A stretch of DNA of 64,000 nt from a virus (Duplodnaviria; Heunggongvirae; Uroviricota; Caudoviricetes). Where the stretch lies: the IMG/VR virus record IMGVR_UViG_3300023174_004816, positions 1-64,000 of that record; one strand, given 5' to 3'. Positions 28,958-37,533 of the stretch are shown one piece after another. The first letter of the stretch is position 1. Each line of letters starts with the position of its first letter. The position numbers were made by a program, and so were the translations under genes. The notes under the pieces were generated by a model that was not told the DNA's origin, made no database searches, and saw only the letters and a list, made by a program, of their open reading frames with translations.

Positions 28958-29639
28958 TAAGCAAAAATTTCTTTTTTAAATGTAACCGAACTTGGTTGTA
29001 TTGTAACGCAGTGATTGCCACAGCGGCGGCCCAGGGCACTACCTTCACAGCCCATTCTGCAGTTTGTGCCCACCAACTGGCCAACAACGGTTCTTTGGTG
29101 GCCATTTGCACAGCAACCGCAAACAACACAAACGATCCCACAAACACACTGTCTGGAAAACGTTTGAGAATCTTACTGACCAATCCAGCTCCAAACAAAA
29201 TGATTGGCACTGAGATTAGCAAGCCAGCAATGACAAGAACAAAGTTTCCATTGGCTGCCGCGGCAATTCCTAGAGCATTGTCTATGCCCATGACAGCGTC
29301 GGCAACTACAATGGTGCCGATGGCACCCCAGAATGTGTCTTTAGCTTCAACGTTGTGTTCTTCGTTGTTGAAAGCCAATTTCCATCCTATCCACAACAAC
29401 GCCACAGCACCAATTAAACGCAGTCCAGGTATCATTAAAAGATATGTCAGTGCGGCCACACTAACAAAACGTATGGCCACAGCGCCAAAGGTTCCCCAGA
29501 AGATTGCTCGCTTTCGTAAATGTTCCGGAAGTTTGTTGGCTGCCATGCCAATGACTAATGCGTTGTCACCGGCCAACACAATGTCTATTAGTATGATAGC
29601 GAGAAATGCCCACAGGGCTTGTAATGTAAATAACTCCAT
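28950..29639 (-). CDS. TerC-family integral membrane protein (Alx/YkoY-like)
   Basis: ILIDIVLAGDNALVIGMAA and VADAVMGIDNALGIAAAA duplicated TerC motifs; AAGGAG RBS. Confidence 0.85.
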   Translation of the reverse strand: MELFTLQALWAFLAIILIDIVLAGDNALVIGMAANKLPEHLRKRAIFWGTFGAVAIRFVSVAALTYLLMIPGLRLIGAVALLWIGWKLAFNNEEHNVEAKDTFWGAIGTIVVADAVMGIDNALGIAAAANGNFVLVIAGLLISVPIILFGAGLVSKILKRFPDSVFVGSFVLFAVAVQMATKEPLLASWWAQTAEWAVKVVPWAAAVAITALQYNQVRLHLKKKFLLKK

Positions 29640-29644
29640 TTTAA

Positions 29645-29818
29645 TACTCCTTAAAAGAGTATATCATGGATGTCATTCCAATGAATGAGGATTATACGAT
29701 CCATAATATACTATGATATTATGGTCTTGTCCGGAACCTATTTCCTTATGCACCGAGCCGTTAAGCCGAATTGACGACGCATAAAACTCTTATATTAAGA
29801 GTGGACTACTCCCCATGC
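29645..29818 (-). ncRNA. candidate yybP-ykoY (Mn2+) riboswitch in the TerC leader
   Basis: Minus-strand leader begins UGGGGAGUAG (29806-29815), then the hairpin CUCUUAAUAUAAGAG, then GGACAAGACC; the expression platform AUACUCUUuuaAAGGAGUAU sequesters the SD; ykoY itself is TerC-family. Confidence 0.45.
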
Positions 29819-31899
29819 AAGTATTTAGTAAATACATGATGCTAAAGAAAACTACTATTAAAAAATTACTGGTTAGTCCATGGACAGCATTGTTGACATT
29901 GGCACTTATTTTAAGTATAAGAATCGCAGACCCTACATTTGTAGAAAGCATAAGATTACGATATTTTGACACACTGATCACAGCGCAGGCACCCACTGTC
30001 AACAATATCTATACTGTGAACATTGATGAAGCCGCCCTAGACAAGTATGGACAGTGGCCTTTGCCCAGAGTCAACTACGCAGAAATTGTACAGGATCTAT
30101 ATACCCGTGGCGCTGGACTGGTTGTACTCAACGTGCTCATGGCTGAGCGCGATCGCACTGGAGGTGATGGTGCGCTGGCTGCCATGCTACGACATTATCC
30201 TGTGGTCTTGGGCTCAGTGCCCAGCGCCAAAAACAAAAACACTCCTCGTGTGCCAGGATCAGCTGTGTTGAATCCAGAGTGGATGGATCAGATAGTCACA
30301 TACCCAGGATTGATCGCCAACGTTTCTCAGTTGGAACGCAGTGCCGCTGGTGTGGGCATTGTCAATACCTTGCCAGAAGTAGATGGTGTAAATCGTCGTG
30401 TGCCCTTGATAGTCACAGTTGACAGCAAACTATATCCAGGGTTGGCTCTGGAAACTCTGCGTGTGGCCACAGGCAATGACACTTTCCAGGTCAAACTGTT
30501 CGAAGGCGGCGTTGAAAAGATGCGCTTGCCTGGAGATGTTGGTATACTCAACACAGACAATCTTGGACGCATCTGGATTGACTGGAGTCAGCAATCAAAA
30601 TCAGTGTCACTGACCAGCTTGCCCAAAGACTTTGGTGGTGCTATCGTTATAGTTGGTGCTACTGCCGCAGGCATTGCCAACCCTGTGCCCACCAGCCGTG
30701 GTGCTGTGTTTCCACATGAAGTACAGTCCGCTGTGATAGGTACCCTGGCAAACGGCGTGAATATTCAACGGCCAGACTGGGCGGATGGTGCTGAAATCAT
30801 ATTCATAGCAGTGTTGGGTGTGATCATTATTGGATTATCGAGGTGGACTTATGCAGGTATTCTTATATCTATTGTGGGGATCATTGCCCCTATTGTTGCC
30901 AGTCGTTTGGGCTTCAATGAGTGGCGAATCTTGGCAGACGCAACGGCAAGCACGGCTGGTCTTGTTCTCGTGGCTCTGCATACTTACGGCGTTAAGTTTG
31001 TAAGTGAGTTCTTACAGAAACAAGCCATAAAGAAACAGTTTGCTGGCTACTGTTCAAAAGAAGTGGTAGAGATGCTACAGAAAGATCCAGACTTGATCAG
31101 GCGAGGTGTGCGCAAAGACGTATCAGTTATGTTCAGTGATCTACGTGGCTTCACACCCATTGGTGAACACTACGGCGATGACGTAGGCGGACTAGGCCGG
31201 TACATGAACGGTTACATGGATGCTATCAGCCAACCCATGATGGACAACAAAGGCATGATCATCAAGTATGTGGGCGATGCCTCCATGCACATACATGGTG
31301 CTCCCATTGAAGATCCTAATCACGCTAGAACTATCGTTAGGGTAGGATTGGAGATGTTGGACAAGGTAGACGAGTATACCAAGCTGATGGAAGCACAAGG
31401 CCTGCCACCTGCGGCCATGGGTTGGGGTTGTAATTCAGGTATTGGCTTTATTGGCGAGATGGGTTCAACAGAACGACACAGCTATGACATCTTGGGTGAC
31501 ATGGTGTCAACAGCCGCAAGACTAGAAGCACGTTGTAAAGCCTATGGTGTGTTATGTATCATTGGCGCTGAAACATACAACAGAACCAAAGACGATTTCT
31601 TCTATTTGTTGCTGGACAACTTACAGCCTAAGGGAAAAACAGTAGCAGATTTGATCTACACAGCACTACGTACCAAGGGCGCAGACTACTCAAAAGATCG
31701 AGCACAGCATGAAGAGATGCATGCCCTGTACCGTCAGAAAAAGTTTGACGAGGCCGCCGCAATGTGTAAAAAACTAGCAGGTAACTTTGGCGGGCAGATG
31801 GACAAGTATTACAAGATCTGGATTGAGCGTTGCGAGTTCATGAAGCAACAAGATTTAGGTGATAACTGGAACGGCGAATTTATTGCTCACGAGAAATAA
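29815..31899 (+). CDS. CHASE2-sensor membrane-bound class III adenylate/guanylate cyclase
   Basis: N-terminal TM, ~300-aa periplasmic CHASE2-like region (LDKYGQWPLPR), 2-3 TM helices, then cyclase motifs VSVMFSDLRGFTPIGE and KYVGDASMHIHGAP. Confidence 0.8.
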   Translation: MQVFSKYMMLKKTTIKKLLVSPWTALLTLALILSIRIADPTFVESIRLRYFDTLITAQAPTVNNIYTVNIDEAALDKYGQWPLPRVNYAEIVQDLYTRGAGLVVLNVLMAERDRTGGDGALAAMLRHYPVVLGSVPSAKNKNTPRVPGSAVLNPEWMDQIVTYPGLIANVSQLERSAAGVGIVNTLPEVDGVNRRVPLIVTVDSKLYPGLALETLRVATGNDTFQVKLFEGGVEKMRLPGDVGILNTDNLGRIWIDWSQQSKSVSLTSLPKDFGGAIVIVGATAAGIANPVPTSRGAVFPHEVQSAVIGTLANGVNIQRPDWADGAEIIFIAVLGVIIIGLSRWTYAGILISIVGIIAPIVASRLGFNEWRILADATASTAGLVLVALHTYGVKFVSEFLQKQAIKKQFAGYCSKEVVEMLQKDPDLIRRGVRKDVSVMFSDLRGFTPIGEHYGDDVGGLGRYMNGYMDAISQPMMDNKGMIIKYVGDASMHIHGAPIEDPNHARTIVRVGLEMLDKVDEYTKLMEAQGLPPAAMGWGCNSGIGFIGEMGSTERHSYDILGDMVSTAARLEARCKAYGVLCIIGAETYNRTKDDFFYLLLDNLQPKGKTVADLIYTALRTKGADYSKDRAQHEEMHALYRQKKFDEAAAMCKKLAGNFGGQMDKYYKIWIERCEFMKQQDLGDNWNGEFIAHEK

Positions 31900-32550
31900 A
31901 TGACAAACCCTACTATAGCATTGTTTATACATCAACCAAAATGTTCTATACAAAGTGGCAACGGTATAATACAAGCGTTGGGAGATCATTATAAGTTTAA
32001 AATTTTTACAAAACACAGTTTAGAAAAAGATTTTTTTGACAATATTGACATGGTGGCCTTCCCAGGAGGCACTGGAGATTCAGAAAGTTTTGATTATCTC
32101 ATGTCTGACCATCTTGGTCGTATCAAAGATTTTGTTGACAAGGGCGGCAGATATCTTGGTATTTGCATGGGAGCATACTGGGCAGATCATCACTATTTTG
32201 ATCTATTAGATGAAGTTGAAGCACAACAGTACATCAGAAGACCAGGAACAGACACTCGTAGACCACACCCCAAAGCACTTGCTGTGAACTGGCAAGGACA
32301 AATTGAAAAGATGTATTTTTATGATGGTTGTGCCTTGGTTGGCAATGCTGAAAAGTTTAAAACGATTTCTAGTTATGCCAACGGTGATGCCATGGCCATA
32401 ATACAAAACAGGGTAGGACTAATAGGGTGTCATCCAGAAAGTGAAAAAAACTGGTACACAGAATATCATCAATGGATGCGTCCGCATTGGCATCACAGAC
32501 GCCATCATCAACTACTGCTGGATTTTGTCAATCAGTTGATGGAACGTTAG
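31900..32550 (+). CDS. class I glutamine-amidotransferase-like (DJ-1/BPL_N-like) protein
   Basis: GGRYLGICMGAYWA nucleophile-elbow-like Cys; ATG overlaps the cyclase stop (TAAATG). Confidence 0.4.
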   Translation: MTNPTIALFIHQPKCSIQSGNGIIQALGDHYKFKIFTKHSLEKDFFDNIDMVAFPGGTGDSESFDYLMSDHLGRIKDFVDKGGRYLGICMGAYWADHHYFDLLDEVEAQQYIRRPGTDTRRPHPKALAVNWQGQIEKMYFYDGCALVGNAEKFKTISSYANGDAMAIIQNRVGLIGCHPESEKNWYTEYHQWMRPHWHHRRHHQLLLDFVNQLMER

Positions 32551-32867
32551 CCTTCGCCGGCTGCCGCTGTTTTCTTGTCGTCCTCGTCTGCGACCTGATT
32601 GATTTTTTGTTCAGCTATCACACGTTCGTGATCAATGGTTTTGCCACGTAAATGTAGCACAACATCAACCTTTTGATTTAATCGAATTAAATCGTTGTCT
32701 AACATACGGATACGATCTATCAAGGCAATCAGCACTGTGTTGGCTTCTTTGAGCACAGGTTTGACTTCTTTGGTGGCCCAGGTCCATACATAATAAATCA
32801 TGTACCCCATGCCCCCGGCTGCCACTATGGGAAAGCCGTATTTGTTGATCATTGCCACTAAATCCAT
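32547..32867 (-). CDS. small single-TM protein, paralogue B
   Basis: MDLVAMINKYGFPIVAAGGMGYMIYYV and ALIDRIRMLDNDLIRL; paralogous to 33347-33625; AAAGGAAAAAG RBS. Confidence 0.5.
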   Translation of the reverse strand: MDLVAMINKYGFPIVAAGGMGYMIYYVWTWATKEVKPVLKEANTVLIALIDRIRMLDNDLIRLNQKVDVVLHLRGKTIDHERVIAEQKINQVADEDDKKTAAAGEG

Positions 32868-32880
32868 TTGTCTTTTTCCT

Positions 32881-33027
32881 TTAAAATGCTAACCCAATCA
32901 AACAACCCAACACAAATGCTATGATTGAAAACTTAAACAGGTCATGATCATGCCATACAGGTTGTGTTTTTAAATATTCTTTTGTGTGTGCAGGTAAACT
33001 GTCGTACCATGCAGTCCATTTACTCAT
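32881..33027 (-). CDS. small tail-anchored membrane protein (48 aa)
   Basis: MSKWTAWYDSLPAHTKEYLKTQPVWHDHDLFKFSIIAFVLGCLIGLAF; overlaps the upstream stop; not in the ORF track because it is under 60 aa. Confidence 0.3.
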   Translation of the reverse strand: MSKWTAWYDSLPAHTKEYLKTQPVWHDHDLFKFSIIAFVLGCLIGLAF

Positions 33028-33205
33028 TTCCGTGACCCCTTATAAATTTTTCCAGCGGGTCAACTTTGACCAACTGAGCTTGTCCGTCGATATTGATAAT
33101 CTTAAACACATCCCCATGCTTCCATCCCAGGTTATCAATGTTTAATTCTTTGTCAAAAATGATACGACTCTCTGATAGATCCCAGTCATAATCGTAGTAT
33201 CGCAT
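33020..33205 (-). CDS. hypothetical protein
   Basis: 61-aa ORF in the minus-strand operon. Confidence 0.35.
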   Translation of the reverse strand: MRYYDYDWDLSESRIIFDKELNIDNLGWKHGDVFKIINIDGQAQLVKVDPLEKFIRGHGNE

Positions 33206-33366
33206 TTCTCTTCCTTTATCGTTACAAAATCAACCATCTTTCTAATGGCCTTTTCTTGCTCGTAATAATCTAAACACATTTGAGTCCACTCGTCCCTGTT
33301 GCAGAAAACGTGTGTGCGTTCTTTGGCAGTCCAGGTACGAGGATCACTAGTCACGTCGGGCATCAT
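33142..33366 (-). CDS. hypothetical protein
   Basis: 74-aa ORF. Confidence 0.35.
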   Translation of the reverse strand: MMPDVTSDPRTWTAKERTHVFCNRDEWTQMCLDYYEQEKAIRKMVDFVTIKEEKCDTTIMTGIYQRVVSFLTKN

Positions 33367-33625
33367 TTTTACCGTCCGCTCTCGCTATGCGATTGGTGTC
33401 TGGTTTTAAACCCAGAGCATTGGATACCACTGTGTCAATACGGATCACGTCGTGGTTCATGGTTTTTACACGATTGTCTAGGGCAGTGATTATTCCTGAA
33501 AGTCCTTGTACACTACTCATAACTCCAGCGAGTATGAATTTCAGTGTGAGGAAAATGAAGTAACCGCCAGCGCATGCGGCAGCGATTGGAAAACCAACCT
33601 CGGCCACGAGTTTGAAAAAGTCCAT
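33347..33625 (-). CDS. small single-TM protein, paralogue A
   Basis: MDFFKLVAEVGFPIAAACAGGYFIF and ALDNRVKTMNHDVIRI; paralogous to 32547-32867. Confidence 0.5.
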   Translation of the reverse strand: MDFFKLVAEVGFPIAAACAGGYFIFLTLKFILAGVMSSVQGLSGIITALDNRVKTMNHDVIRIDTVVSNALGLKPDTNRIARADGKNDARRD

Positions 33626-33683
33626 TTTAGCTCCTTAGATCCTCTTGCGGGATTCTTTGGAGTATTTACCAATAACTGCTAGT

Positions 33684-34325
33684 TTATTTTTGTGCTAGAA
33701 ATGTAGCAAAACACCAGTGCGCATCAATCACAGTGACCTGGCTGAATCCCACATCGCGCAGTGTTTGTAACCACCAGCTCACAGGCTGTACTTTCATCAC
33801 GCCTATTAGGCTTTGCGCCTTGGCAGCGATTTCTTCATCACTGCATCCCTGTGATCGTTTCCAGGCATGATAGAATCCAATCTGATCAGGGTCTTCGCTG
33901 ACCTTGTCTGAAATCACAGCAAACCCTGAATCATCCAGACTATGATAGATATCTTTGAGATATTGTATTTTGTCGTCAATGAAATGCAGGGTCCAGTTGC
34001 ACAGCACAGCATCATAATTGCCCTGTGGAAAATGATTGCTGTGATGATATGTGGCTATAGAATGATCGCATTTAGACAGCATGGATTCACTGGCATCCAC
34101 ACCGTGTAAATTACGGTACCCTGCTTGATGCAATGTTTCTAGGGTGTGACCAGTGGCGCAGCCAACATCAATCACAGAGCTTGTAGGACTTAAAAAATGA
34201 TCGCACAAACCAACACATTTTTTGATCACCAAATCATAATTGGGTATGTGCTGTCGAGCGTGATTTACAAAATGATCAGCCACGGTCTGATCAAATGTCC
34301 AGGTTTTACCAACGTTTAAATGCAT
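33684..34325 (-). CDS. class I SAM-dependent methyltransferase
   Basis: Motif I VIDVGCATGHTLE, motif post-I LHGVDASE. Confidence 0.7.
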   Translation of the reverse strand: MHLNVGKTWTFDQTVADHFVNHARQHIPNYDLVIKKCVGLCDHFLSPTSSVIDVGCATGHTLETLHQAGYRNLHGVDASESMLSKCDHSIATYHHSNHFPQGNYDAVLCNWTLHFIDDKIQYLKDIYHSLDDSGFAVISDKVSEDPDQIGFYHAWKRSQGCSDEEIAAKAQSLIGVMKVQPVSWWLQTLRDVGFSQVTVIDAHWCFATFLAQK

Positions 34326-35130
34326 GGGCTGTTTCCTTGGGAAATTGTTGACTGTCTACGAAATCATATACCAATTTAGAGCCTTGAGTACTTCTAAGAA
34401 TAAAACGCACAGCATAGCCCGGTGACTGCAAACTGTAAACATCGGGCAATTCTTTTACAGCCTGTTCATTTAATTCAAAATCTGATGACCAACCTAGGTG
34501 AGCAAAAATTTTAGCAAAAGCTGCCATGCTGGGCCGGGCACTGTCGTGCAGTTGGCTACCGCCTTGACTCATTGTTTGTCCACTGGTTTCTATGGATATC
34601 ATGCTTGTTGTTTTCCAAAGATCCATGAGTTCAACATCAGTCTTTTCGGGCCAAATTTCTTGCAGTGCTCGATAAGGATGATAGCTTTCAATTATTACTT
34701 CTTTGCCAATTCTGCAGATATGTTTTATCACTGAGTAATAATCAATCATGGAATATATGCTGCCAGCTATGACAACAACGTCAAAGTGTTCCTGGCAATT
34801 TTCTAAAAATCCAATGATATCTGACTTGATGATCTTCCATTTATCTTGCGGGTAGTAACCACTGAGATTTTGGGCAGATTGGTCAACAAACGCCTGCTGT
34901 AAATCCACACCAGTGTAGTGGTCAGCACCGTGGTCCAATGCCCAGGCACCTGTGGCAGCCACGCAACAACCCAAATCCAGCACTCTTTTTCCAGTGAGAT
35001 CAGTGTTGGCAAACCATAATTGATGACGTACTGCCATTACATCAGCAGTGATTGGCATCATATAGTCTCGAGGTCTTTGGGTTCGGATGTCTGTGGAAAT
35101 GAAATCGGGCTTTGATAAAAAGATATTCAT
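34306..35130 (-). CDS. class I SAM-dependent methyltransferase
   Basis: Motif I RVLDLGCCVAATGAW, then YTGVDLQ. Confidence 0.65.
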   Translation of the reverse strand: MNIFLSKPDFISTDIRTQRPRDYMMPITADVMAVRHQLWFANTDLTGKRVLDLGCCVAATGAWALDHGADHYTGVDLQQAFVDQSAQNLSGYYPQDKWKIIKSDIIGFLENCQEHFDVVVIAGSIYSMIDYYSVIKHICRIGKEVIIESYHPYRALQEIWPEKTDVELMDLWKTTSMISIETSGQTMSQGGSQLHDSARPSMAAFAKIFAHLGWSSDFELNEQAVKELPDVYSLQSPGYAVRFILRSTQGSKLVYDFVDSQQFPKETAHAFKRW

Positions 35131-35176
35131 GGTACCCTATTTAATGGTAGCAAAACCCAAGAGAACAAAAATAATT

Positions 35177-35205
35177 TGACAGCAACCAAAAAAACAGCTA
35201 AAATA
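35177..35205 (+). promoter_or_regulatory. sigma70-like promoter TTGACA-17-TAAAAT with a ~130-nt leader
   Basis: TTGACA at 35177-35182, TAAAAT at 35200-35205; AAGGAGGAAG RBS before ATG 35340. Confidence 0.5.
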
Positions 35206-35339
35206 TAGCTTGTGTCTGTGCCTTTTAGAGCAGTTATCGTAAATATAGCTCTTTTAGAAATATACGCAGTTAACCGTGGTGTTAGGTCTAGTACATATTA
35301 CTACGGTAAAAACATAAACCTGTAAACAAGGAGGAAGTT

Positions 35340-35945
35340 ATGACAGAGACAACATCAAAGTCAGGAACGCACCAAGTTGGCATGGTCAAACTTTTCGTAA
35401 GTCTGCCCCGTGTGATTGGATTGATGATAGTAATGTCAATTTTAATCACTGTCACAAATTTGCGTCTGGATGCGCTGGCATCTAGCAACGAAGGCCAAGC
35501 CCATAGGCAAGGTTTCGTTTCTGTAAGCGACCGCACTAAGCAGTTAGAGTGCTTGGCTCGCAATATCTATTGGGAATCTGCCAACCAGCCTTTTGAAGGC
35601 AAAGTGGGTGTGGCCCAAGTCACGCTGAATCGCGTGGAAGATGGACGTTTTGGAAAAGACGTCTGTGGAGTAGTATATCAAAAGAATGTGGTGTATGAAA
35701 AGGTCATCTGCCAGTTCTCTTGGTACTGCGAGCCCACACACAAGGTGCGTCCTGTGCATCCTGCACTGTGGGACGAAAGCATGGAAGTGGCCAAAAAGGT
35801 CCTGTTGGAAGGATTCCGTTTGCCCAGCTTGAAAGAAGCTCTTTATTTCCACGCCGACTACGTAAACCCTGCTTGGCCCAACATGATACGAGTGGCCACG
35901 TTTGGTAATCATGTGTTCTACAAGAAAAAGGAATCAAAATCATGA
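35340..35945 (+). CDS. membrane-anchored cell-wall hydrolase (SleB/CwlJ Hydrolase_2 domain); endolysin candidate
   Basis: N-terminal hydrophobic anchor LFVSLPRVIGLMIVMSILITV; ECLARNIYWESANQPFEGKVGVAQVTLNRV matches the SleB-family core. Confidence 0.65.
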   Translation: MTETTSKSGTHQVGMVKLFVSLPRVIGLMIVMSILITVTNLRLDALASSNEGQAHRQGFVSVSDRTKQLECLARNIYWESANQPFEGKVGVAQVTLNRVEDGRFGKDVCGVVYQKNVVYEKVICQFSWYCEPTHKVRPVHPALWDESMEVAKKVLLEGFRLPSLKEALYFHADYVNPAWPNMIRVATFGNHVFYKKKESKS

Positions 35946-36265
35946 GCAAGTTTTTGAACTTTGTTTCAAACTTTCGCGCCAACTTCAGTCAGTGGCTCAG
36001 TCAAAGCATACACACTGTATCGGCAGAGACCCTGGGCTGGTTGGCAGTGATCTTGATACACGGTGCCACTGTGCCCACGCTGTTGGCTCTGCTCACAGGA
36101 CTCAGTGATCGTACTCCTTCAGTGGATATCATTCTGCTGATGTGGTCAGGACTGGTGCTGTTGTTTGGTCGTGCAGTGGTGCTCAAAGATTCCTTAAACA
36201 TCATCACCATTGGCACAGGATTCATTGTGCAGGCCGTGTTAATGGCCTTGATTCTGTTTAAGTAG
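35942..36265 (+). CDS. small multi-TM membrane protein (holin candidate)
   Basis: 107 aa, 3 predicted TM helices, ATGA-coupled to the hydrolase gene. Confidence 0.4.
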   Translation: MSKFLNFVSNFRANFSQWLSQSIHTVSAETLGWLAVILIHGATVPTLLALLTGLSDRTPSVDIILLMWSGLVLLFGRAVVLKDSLNIITIGTGFIVQAVLMALILFK

Positions 36266-37532
36266 AACCACGCAGTCTGCGGATCAACGGCACAGTCATT
36301 TTGAGAATCTCTTGTTTTTCTGGTGTAAACCATTCAGGTGAATTCTTTCGTAGCCATTTCAGTCGATCCCAATGGTAGTCTGGGCTTAACTGACCCTGAT
36401 GTTGATCCCAGGCCTGTGCAACATTTTCTTTGAGTTCGTCAACAATGGTCTTTAAGAAATCAGGATTGAAAAATCTTTCTTGATTTCTTTTGGCTATTGC
36501 CCGACATTCATCAATCATGAGATTTTGTTGAGATTTTGGCAACTGAGATATTCTACGCATCTCTGTTGTTATAGCTATTATACGAGCCTGGCTGTCTTTG
36601 ATGTCATCGTAGGCTTCGTTGATCCAGGGGCCAAATGTTTCAAATCCATATCGTCTTAACAGTGCCAAACTGCCTGAGCCAGCGGCCAATATAAAAGGAT
36701 GTCCGCATGCGATGGGTCTTAATACTTTTTCTGTGAGATGTATCCTATCATCAAACACTGTTTCCAATACCACACTAAATGCAGTATGATTCAGATCTTG
36801 AGCACTGTAGATCGCGCTGTGATTTGATGTTACTTGTTGAGCATCAACCGATCCAATTTGACAGTGCTGTGTTAAATCACAAATCAAATTTAAAAAATCT
36901 TTTCGATATTGTCGCGATCCAGTTAAGTCACGTGCATAGACTAAAAATAATTTTTCAGGAACAATGTGCTGTAACGACAAATCGTGCTGAGCATATCTAT
37001 ACCAGTCCAATGCAATCACAGCGTGACTCCACCAGTATGCTCCGACATATTTTCCAGTGTTTTCATATTTTACCAATTCTGCAGAGTCAAGCTCACTGTG
37101 TAACAATGTCCATTTTTTCTGCCAGGATGATGGTATGATATTTCTTAAATTAAAATTTTCATGAGGGTAAGATGACTCGTTGGTTGTGCTTTGTCTAAAT
37201 CTTTGCATAAACTCACTGTGGTCTTGATAAAATTCAAAATTCAATGGTTCTTGATCACAACAAACCAAAACAGGTTGATAGCTTCTTACCTGTACATAGT
37301 ATGGCATATGAGGCAATGCTGTTGGAAACACCTGATGTATTGTTCTGAATTGTTTTGGGATTCCATTGGGCACATCAAGATCAACAAATCCATCTGCTTC
37401 GTGAATGTCAAGTTGATAATCTCTAAGATCAGCAAGCTCTTTGCTACCCCAGGGATAGGTTCTCAAAATCCAGTATCGTTTTTCTGTGACCTGGTGTACA
37501 AAATCGTATAAATTATGTGAAGGAACCGTCAT
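36258..37532 (-). CDS. hypothetical enzyme, possibly a GT-B-fold glycosyltransferase
   Basis: C-terminal E...RPIACGHPFILAAGSGS resembles the GT1 nucleotide-sugar-binding motif; 424 aa. Confidence 0.35.
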   Translation of the reverse strand: MTVPSHNLYDFVHQVTEKRYWILRTYPWGSKELADLRDYQLDIHEADGFVDLDVPNGIPKQFRTIHQVFPTALPHMPYYVQVRSYQPVLVCCDQEPLNFEFYQDHSEFMQRFRQSTTNESSYPHENFNLRNIIPSSWQKKWTLLHSELDSAELVKYENTGKYVGAYWWSHAVIALDWYRYAQHDLSLQHIVPEKLFLVYARDLTGSRQYRKDFLNLICDLTQHCQIGSVDAQQVTSNHSAIYSAQDLNHTAFSVVLETVFDDRIHLTEKVLRPIACGHPFILAAGSGSLALLRRYGFETFGPWINEAYDDIKDSQARIIAITTEMRRISQLPKSQQNLMIDECRAIAKRNQERFFNPDFLKTIVDELKENVAQAWDQHQGQLSPDYHWDRLKWLRKNSPEWFTPEKQEILKMTVPLIRRLRGST

Positions 37533-37533
37533 A

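Noticed and set aside
28996-29688. 230-aa + strand ORF antisense to the TerC gene
   Set aside because: It is a shadow ORF. The minus-strand frame has clear TerC-family motifs and a strong RBS. The + frame is low-complexity and Ala/Thr-rich.
29780-29800. TTGACG-N14-TATATT as a promoter for the cyclase gene
   Set aside because: The spacer is only 14 nt and the hexamers are poor. It also overlaps the putative riboswitch on the other strand, so it is not called.
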